A DNA stretch of 6,425 nucleotides from a virus: the IMG/VR virus record IMGVR_UViG_3300045988_005617, positions 1 to 6,425 of that record. One strand, written 5' to 3'. Under the pieces are notes generated by a model that worked only from the letters and a program-made list of their open reading frames with translations, was not told the origin of the DNA and searched no databases. This document shows positions 1-3,964 of this stretch, in pieces. How positions within the stretch are numbered: position 1 is the stretch's first letter; every line of letters begins with the position of its first letter. Position numbers and translations under genes: made by a program.

Positions 1-55
1 TTATAACGTAGACTATTTTTCTGGAGTTTCTCCTTCGTTGGTTTCTTCTTTGCCT
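1..55. repeat. Terminal redundancy, copy 1. It is identical to 6371..6425, the signature of a circular genome linearised with an assembly overlap (unit length 6370 nt).
   Basis: A base-by-base comparison of 1..55 with 6371..6425 shows 55/55 identity. The VP1 reading frame is continuous across the junction. Confidence 0.95.
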
Positions 56-1162
56 GACTCGTCTTCTGATTATTGGAAATCTGATACAATGTTTGACCTC
101 AAATATTGTAATTGGAACAAAGATATGCTAATGGGTGTTCTCCCAAACTCTCAATTTGGCGATGTTGCTGTTGTTAATGTTGAAAGTTCTTCTATTTCTG
201 ATGTTGTTTTGGGCAAAGGTTCTGTGATGAGTCCCGTTGGTGTTGCTTCTGCTGTTGCTTCTAGCTCTGCACCAGTTCCTTTCTTTGCCCTTCAAGCTTC
301 TGCTTCAAAGACTCTCCCTGTAGGTTCTACTCTTCGTGTCGATTTGACCTCATTACAATCTCAATTTACTGTTCTTGCTCTTCGTCAAGCTGAAGCCCTT
401 CAACGTTGGAAAGAAATCAGTCAATCTGGTGATAGTGATTACCGTGAACAGATACGTAAACATTTTGGTGTGAACTTGCCTCAAGCTCTTTCCAATATGT
501 GTACTTACATCGGAGGTATTTCCCGTAATCTTGATATCAGTGAGGTTGTAAATAATAACCTTGCTGCTGAAGGTGATACTGCTGTTATTGCTGGTAAAGG
601 TGTTGGCGCTGGTAATGGTTCTTTCACCTATACTACCAATGAGCATTGTGTTGTTATGTGTATTTATCATGCTGTTCCTTTGCTTGATTATACAATTACT
701 GGTCAAGATGGTCAGTTACTTGTGACTGATGCTGAGTCTCTCCCGATTCCAGAGTTTGATAATATTGGTATGGAAGTTCTTCCTATGACACAAATTTTCA
801 ATTCTCCAAAAGCCTCTATTGTTAATTTGTTTAACGCAGGTTATAATCCTCGTTATTTCAATTGGAAAACCAAGCTTGATGTTATTAATGGCGCCTTTAC
901 CACTACTCTCAAATCTTGGGTTTCTCCCGTTACCGAATCTCTTCTTTCTGGTTGGTTTGGTTTTGGATATGCAGAAGGAGATGTTAATAAAAATAACAAG
1001 GTTGTCTTGAATTATAAGTTTTTCAAGGTTAATCCTTCTGTTCTTGACCCTATTTTCGGTGTTAGTGCTGACTCTACTTGGGATACTGACCAGTTATTGG
1101 TTAACTCTTATATTGGTTGCTACGTTGCTCGTAATTTGTCTCGTGATGGTGTACCTTATTAA
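2..1162 (+). CDS. VP1: Major capsid protein VP1, C-terminal part (5' partial in window coordinates, a continuation of 5691..6425).
   Basis: The frame is open from position 2 (YNVDYFSGVSPSLVSSLP...) and is the same frame as track ORF 38..1162, whose listed M is an internal TTG. It ends at TAA 1160..1162. 5691 minus 6370 falls in the same codon phase as position 2. Confidence 0.95.
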   Translation, partial: YNVDYFSGVSPSLVSSLPDSSSDYWKSDTMFDLKYCNWNKDMLMGVLPNSQFGDVAVVNVESSSISDVVLGKGSVMSPVGVASAVASSSAPVPFFALQASASKTLPVGSTLRVDLTSLQSQFTVLALRQAEALQRWKEISQSGDSDYREQIRKHFGVNLPQALSNMCTYIGGISRNLDISEVVNNNLAAEGDTAVIAGKGVGAGNGSFTYTTNEHCVVMCIYHAVPLLDYTITGQDGQLLVTDAESLPIPEFDNIGMEVLPMTQIFNSPKASIVNLFNAGYNPRYFNWKTKLDVINGAFTTTLKSWVSPVTESLLSGWFGFGYAEGDVNKNNKVVLNYKFFKVNPSVLDPIFGVSADSTWDTDQLLVNSYIGCYVARNLSRDGVPY

Positions 1163-1176
1163 TTTTTGTTTTGATT

Positions 1177-1659
1177 ATGATAGGAAAATTTAATTCTTTG
1201 GAGTGTCTGGAACAATGTTCTGGACTTATTCCTAATGTTGAGCCTGACGCTTTTGCAGTTGCTCCTGAATTTGATTGTACTGAGGAGCTTCGTGTAGAGA
1301 TTGATGATACTGATGAAACTCGACCAGTTCGTTATACTTCTGATGTTCGTTTGATTCTCCACACCAAGGATTTAGCTTCCCGTGCAGGTCTTGCTATTGC
1401 CTCTAAGTTTGGTCAGAGTAAACAATCTGCTTCTCAGATTCAGCAGATTATGGATAACATGTCTGATGATGACCTTTTGGCAACGGTTCGCTCTCGTCAC
1501 GTTCAGTCTCCTTCTGAGATTATTGCTTGGTCTAAAGATTTGTCTGCTTATGCTGAAAATCTTGAGTCCCAGGCTCAAGAATTGATTGATGTTGAAAATA
1601 CTAAACAAGAAGCAGAAAAAGCGGCTGCTGCTTCCGCTGATGCTGCTTCCTCTGAATAA
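1177..1659 (+). CDS. Acidic 160-aa protein lying between VP1 and VP2. It is a putative internal scaffolding (VP3-like) protein, and that function is inferred mainly from position.
   Basis: Track ORF 1171..1659 starts at a TTG, and the first ATG is at 1177. Codons are strongly T-ending, like the other phage genes. The protein has a D/E-rich centre (EIDDTDETRP, MSDDDLL) and an Ala/Glu-rich tail. Its TAA stop shares one base with the VP2 ATG (TAATG at 1657..1661), which suggests translational coupling. Confidence 0.7.
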   Translation: MIGKFNSLECLEQCSGLIPNVEPDAFAVAPEFDCTEELRVEIDDTDETRPVRYTSDVRLILHTKDLASRAGLAIASKFGQSKQSASQIQQIMDNMSDDDLLATVRSRHVQSPSEIIAWSKDLSAYAENLESQAQELIDVENTKQEAEKAAAASADAASSE

Positions 1660-2795
1660 TGGGCCTTCTTGGTTCAATTGCTGGTGGTCTCCTTAACGTT
1701 GGTTCTTCTGCAATTCAAAATTCACAGAATAGACAAAATGTTCAGGAGACTAACCGGATGAACTATAAAATTAACCAGATGAATAACCAGTTTAACGAGC
1801 GTATGGCTATACAGCAGCGTAATTGGCAGGAAAATATGTGGAATAAGGAAAATACTTATAATACTGCTTCTGCCCAGCGCCAACGTCTTGAAGAAGCTGG
1901 TTTGAATCCTTATCTGATGATGAATGGAGGTTCTGCCGGAGTTGCTCAATCTTCTGGTACCGGTGCTGCTGCATCTTCTTCCGGAAGTGCTGTTATGCAA
2001 CCTTTTCAGGCTGATTATTCCGGTGTCGGTTCTTCCATTGGCAATGTTTTTCAATATGAGTTGATGCAATCTGAAAAGTCTCAATTACAAGGCGCTCGAC
2101 AGCTTGCTGATGCTAAAGCTATGGAGACCCTCTCTAATATTGATTGGGGTAAACTTACTGATGAAACTCGTAATTATTTGAGGTCTACTGGATTGGCACG
2201 TGCTCAGCTTGGTTATGCCAAGGAACAGCAGGAGGCTGATAACATGGCAATGACTGGTCTTATTATGCGTTCTCAACGTGCTGGTATGCTTCTTGATAAT
2301 GAGGCTAAAAGTATTTTGAATAAGTATCTTGACCAACAACAACAGCTTGATTTGAATGTTAAGGCTGCGGATTATTACCAGCGTATGTCTGCTGGCTATC
2401 TTTCTTATGCTGAAACTAAAAAAGCTTTGGCTGAAGAAGCTTTGGCTGCTGCTCGTGCCCGTGGTCAGAATATTGCTAATAAGGTTGCGGACCGTATTGC
2501 GGAGTCTCAAATTGCTGCTAATATTGCAGCTAACGAGTCTGCTGCCGCTTTTCATAATGAAGAGCTTCGTTTGGGTCTTCCTCAAGATAATGCTCGTAGT
2601 AAGAATATTGAGGAATGGTATCGCTCTAGGAATGAGAAGAAAAAGTATCAGTATTTTGATGCTGATAAATGGGTAAGTTATGGCACTAGTATTGGTAATA
2701 CTATAGGTAATTTCTTGCCTCATAGAATTATTTCTAAGTCTTTTTCTCATTCTATTAATAGTAATACTAATTCTAATTATAATTACAGTCATTGA
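1659..2795 (+). CDS. VP2: VP2 minor capsid / DNA pilot protein (functional analogue of phiX174 H).
   Basis: The 378-aa product has a Gly-rich hydrophobic N-terminus (MGLLGSIAGGLLNVGSS). It is followed by the motif typical of microvirus VP2 proteins: Q/N-rich ...FNERMA...NTYNTASAQRQRLEEAGLNPYLMM. A long A/Q/E-rich predicted coiled-coil region comes next, then an S/N-rich tail. The stop is TGA 2793..2795, immediately followed by TAA. Confidence 0.85.
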   Translation: MGLLGSIAGGLLNVGSSAIQNSQNRQNVQETNRMNYKINQMNNQFNERMAIQQRNWQENMWNKENTYNTASAQRQRLEEAGLNPYLMMNGGSAGVAQSSGTGAAASSSGSAVMQPFQADYSGVGSSIGNVFQYELMQSEKSQLQGARQLADAKAMETLSNIDWGKLTDETRNYLRSTGLARAQLGYAKEQQEADNMAMTGLIMRSQRAGMLLDNEAKSILNKYLDQQQQLDLNVKAADYYQRMSAGYLSYAETKKALAEEALAAARARGQNIANKVADRIAESQIAANIAANESAAAFHNEELRLGLPQDNARSKNIEEWYRSRNEKKKYQYFDADKWVSYGTSIGNTIGNFLPHRIISKSFSHSINSNTNSNYNYSH

Positions 2796-2818
2796 TAATT
2801 TTTTTTATACTATGTTTT

Positions 2819-2852
2819 CCCGGTGCGTATCACTACGTGCCGGGTTTTTTTT
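2819..2852 (+). terminator. Rho-independent terminator closing the VP1/VP3-like/VP2 transcription unit.
   Basis: An 11-bp stem pairs CCCGGTGCGTA (2819..2829) with TACGTGCCGGG (2834..2844) around the loop TCAC, followed by T8 (2845..2852). Two stem positions are G-T/G-U pairs on the + strand and would be C-A mismatches on the - strand. No T-run follows the hairpin on the - strand, so the terminator is + strand specific. Confidence 0.85.
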
Positions 2853-2864
2853 GTTATTTGGAGT

Positions 2865-2901
2865 AATTTCCGGCAACCGCGCGAAGCGTGGTTATACACC
2901 C
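2865..2901 (+). repeat. Module A: AATTTCCGG, an 8-bp hairpin with a GAA loop, then TATACACCC.
   Basis: aatttccgg lies at 2865..2873. The hairpin pairs aaccgcgc (2875..2882) with gcgtggtt (2886..2893) and includes one G-T pair. tatacaccc lies at 2893..2901. Confidence 0.6.
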
Positions 2902-2993
2902 CCCTGAATTCCGGGAGACCCCGTCGACTGGAATCAGAGCCGTTAGGCTATAGTACTGCCATCCTCTAAGCTTGCCGTTTGCAACGCGTAAGC

Positions 2994-3036
2994 AATTTTC
3001 CGGAGAGCTTCTCTCTCCCGTCGCCGCTATACACCC
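2994..3036 (+). repeat. Module B: AATTTTCCGG, a hairpin, then TATACACCC (a paralogue of module A).
   Basis: aattttccgg lies at 2994..3003. The hairpin pairs ggagag (3002..3007) with ctctcc (3013..3018) around the loop cttct. tatacaccc at 3028..3036 is an identical 9-mer to 2893..2901. Confidence 0.6.
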
Positions 3037-3106
3037 TGTCGCTTGCGACCCCGTTTGGCCGATTTACTTAAAACGATTCAAGTCCGTAGGAAGAAGAATC
3101 GCCTAA

Positions 3107-3130
3107 GTGATGAACGTAGTGAAGAACGTG
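3107..3130 (+). repeat. Tandem 12-mer, two copies (GTGATGAACGTA / GTGAAGAACGTG), inside a purine-rich tract.
   Basis: 3107..3118 and 3119..3130 match at 10 of 12 positions. GAACGT recurs at 3112 and 3124, and GCGAAC at 3139. Confidence 0.55.
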
Positions 3131-3193
3131 TGAGCACAGCGAACATAAAAATCAGAATTCCTTAAAGTCTCTGTATATTTGGCGAAGCCTACA

Positions 3194-3265
3194 TGAGTTT
3201 GCCCGAAGGGAAAGCGATTTACCTCATCGCTTTCAGTGTCCTCTTGTCTTATATACGCAAACTCA
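3194..3265 (+). other. Nested multi-helix element: a 9-bp closing stem encloses a GAA mini-hairpin and an 8-bp hairpin.
   Basis: tgagtttgc (3194..3202) is the perfect reverse complement of gcaaactca (3257..3265). Inside lie ccc-gaa-ggg (3202..3210) and the perfect 8-bp pair gaaagcga (3210..3217) / tcgctttc (3227..3234) with a 9-nt loop. A pyrimidine-rich single-stranded run follows at 3235..3256. Confidence 0.5.
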
Positions 3266-3324
3266 CAGACATCCGTCCACCCATATAGTTTATTGTTTAT
3301 TTATGTTAATAATATATGTGCATA

Positions 3325-3357
3325 TTTGCTCATTTCAAATTTTTATTTATATCTTTG
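3325..3357 (+). promoter_or_regulatory. Candidate Bacteroidetes-type promoter (-33 TTTG, -7 TAnnTTTG) for the small-ORF/peptidase/VP4 unit, and probably VP1 as well.
   Basis: TTTG lies at 3325..3328 and TATCTTTG at 3350..3357, which matches TAnnTTTG exactly. They are separated by 21 nt and sit in an AT-rich stretch about 43 nt upstream of the ATG at 3400. Confidence 0.45.
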
Positions 3358-3399
3358 TTCCGTCTTTAAAATCAATGTATAATTAAAATTTTGAATGTT

Positions 3400-3573
3400 A
3401 TGGAAAAGTATTATTTGTGTTCTGTTCAATCAAAGGTCAACCCTAATCAGAATGAAACCATTCTTGTTCCCGTTGATGAAGTTTCCGAATTTGTTTCTTC
3501 GAATCTTCGTCCTGATTGCGTGCTTATTATTTCTCATTGTTCAACTTTTAAAACAATTTCTGATGAAAAGTGA
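3400..3573 (+). CDS. Hypothetical 57-aa protein of unknown function.
   Basis: Track ORF 3391..3573 starts at a TTG, and the first ATG is at 3400 (MEKYYLCSVQSK...). The T-ending codon bias matches the other phage genes, whereas the competing 85-aa frame (3395..) is F/L-rich off-frame noise over this stretch. The TGA stop overlaps the next ORF by 11 nt. Confidence 0.45.
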   Translation: MEKYYLCSVQSKVNPNQNETILVPVDEVSEFVSSNLRPDCVLIISHCSTFKTISDEK

Positions 3574-3652
3574 AACTAAATCTAAAATTTGGGCTGCAAT
3601 TATTGCCGCTGCTGTCAGTCTTCTTACGTCTATTTCTCAGATATTTTCGTAA
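3563..3652 (+). CDS. 29-aa single-pass membrane peptide (MKSETKSKIWAAIIAAAVSLLTSISQIFS), a holin-like or membrane-anchor candidate.
   Basis: An internal ATG at 3563 lies within track ORF 3395..3652. The peptide has a charged N-terminus (net positive), then about 20 hydrophobic residues, and uses T-ending codons. It ends at TAA 3650..3652, only 3 nt before the peptidase ATG and in the same reading frame. Confidence 0.4.
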   Translation: MKSETKSKIWAAIIAAAVSLLTSISQIFS

Positions 3653-3655
3653 GTC

Positions 3656-3964
3656 ATGAATCCAGAGTTAATGAGTTTTATTGAATGGCTTCTTCGTAGG
3701 AACATTCACTTTGTTGTCACTTCTGCTTTTCGCACCAAAGCACAGAATGACGCGTGTAATGGTTCTAAGAATTCTCAGCATTTGACTGGTGACGCTGTTG
3801 ACCTTCAGCCTTTAAGTCTTTCGGTTGATACTTTCATTTCTGAAATTAAAAGTTCTTCTTTTAAGTTCGACCAACTTATAAAGTATCGCACTTTTATTCA
3901 TATTTCTTTTGCTCGTGGTCGTAAGCCCCGTCAAATGGAACTTAATTTTACTGATAGAAAATGA
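3656..3964 (+). CDS. Peptidase M15-type (LAS / D-Ala-D-Ala carboxypeptidase-like) zinc cell-wall hydrolase, the probable endolysin.
   Basis: The 102-aa product carries VVTSAFRTKAQNDACNGSKNSQHLTGDAVD, matching the M15A pattern S.(Y/F)R...N...G....S.H..G.A.D. The H-x6-D pair is H42 (3779..3781) and D49 (3800..3802), and a C-terminal FIHIS contains H82 (3899..3901). There is no signal peptide or TM segment. The stop overlaps the VP4 start (ATGA at 3961..3964). Confidence 0.8.
   Translation: MNPELMSFIEWLLRRNIHFVVTSAFRTKAQNDACNGSKNSQHLTGDAVDLQPLSLSVDTFISEIKSSSFKFDQLIKYRTFIHISFARGRKPRQMELNFTDRK

Larger units (their letters stand above)
2853..3290 (+). other. ORF-free, GC-rich, hairpin-dense non-coding island of unknown function. 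Candidates are a complementary-strand origin or ssDNA signal, or a structured ncRNA.
   Basis: No ORF of 60 aa or more exists on either strand between 2796 and 3390. By hand count GC is 114/200 (57%) for 2861..3060 and 210/430 (49%) for 2861..3290, against 35/100 in a VP1 sample (61..160). The island holds many local stems and repeated motifs, detailed in the findings. Confidence 0.6.

Noticed and set aside
530-537. CTTGATAT, an 8-mer identical to the nick-site core of the phiX174 origin as I recall it (CAACTTGATATTAATAAC), with AATAATAAC nearby at 551..559.
   Set aside because: A single 8-mer match has a substantial chance expectation in a 6.4-kb sequence. The spacing differs from the phiX origin, and origins of non-Bullavirinae microviruses are not known to share this sequence. 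It remains untested rather than supported.
2085-2792. A 235-aa ORF on the minus strand antisense to VP2, plus other minus-strand ORFs (353..706, 1159..1362, 1372..1677, 1722..2084, 5378..5584).
   Set aside because: Their products are low-complexity and I/S/L/R-rich, as expected from reading the complement of strongly T-ending codons. They fully overlap well-supported + strand genes. Microviridae are transcribed from one strand, and I see no promoter or terminator signals supporting them.
2946-2960. A small stem-loop, ggc-TATAGTACT-gcc, with a 9-nt loop vaguely like the nonanucleotide nick sites of other HUH-Rep ssDNA viruses.
   Set aside because: The stem is only 3 bp, the loop matches the NANTATTAC-type consensus poorly, and microvirus A/VP4 proteins are not known to use a hairpin-loop nick site.
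2865-3036. Whether the repeated modules represent a mini CRISPR array or solitary CRISPR repeats.
   Set aside because: There are only two or three copies with unequal lengths (37 and 43 nt) and divergent interiors, spaced about 90 nt apart, and no regular repeat-spacer periodicity.
3072-3095. tRNA T-arm-like sequence cgATTCAAGTCCg.
   Set aside because: Position 53 is A rather than G. The T stem has only 3 pairs, and no complementary acceptor strand (ttcttcc) lies at the required upstream distance. I could not build a D arm or anticodon arm, so this is not a tRNA or tmRNA.
2906-3160. A cluster of 6-bp restriction-type palindromes: GAATTC at 2906 and 3155, GTCGAC at 2923, AGTACT at 2952, AAGCTT at 2968, ACGCGT at 2984. 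This raises the question of a polylinker or vector contaminant.
   Set aside because: The sites are dispersed over 250 nt rather than contiguous. They are embedded in larger stems and repeats, and no other vector-like sequence is recognisable. Enrichment of palindromes is expected in hairpin-rich DNA. A vector screen (UniVec) would settle it.
2851-3305. Imperfect direct repeats flanking the island, TTGTTATTTG (2851..2860) and TTGTTTATTT (3294..3303), as a possible target-site duplication or att core.
   Set aside because: The repeats are short, imperfect and made of T-rich sequence that is common throughout this genome, so they are not distinguishable from chance.
3301-3325. Possible dif-like XerC/XerD recombination site. 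TTATGTTAA (3301..3309) matches 9 of 11 nt of the E. coli dif XerD arm, and tatgtgcatat (3315..3325) matches 7 of 11 nt of the XerC arm.
   Set aside because: The two arm-like pieces are in the wrong order and spacing for a dif site. The sequence at the correct XerC-arm position (3284..3294) does not match. The region is AT-rich, where such partial matches are expected by chance. It is still worth a proper scan with a Bacteroidetes dif model, since related microviruses are reported as prophages.
3560-3576. Hammerhead-ribozyme-like core words: CTGATGA (3560..3566) followed by GAAAC (3572..3576).
   Set aside because: Only 5 nt separate the two elements, so no stem II can form. No flanking stems I or III are evident, and the words lie in the overlap of two coding ORFs.
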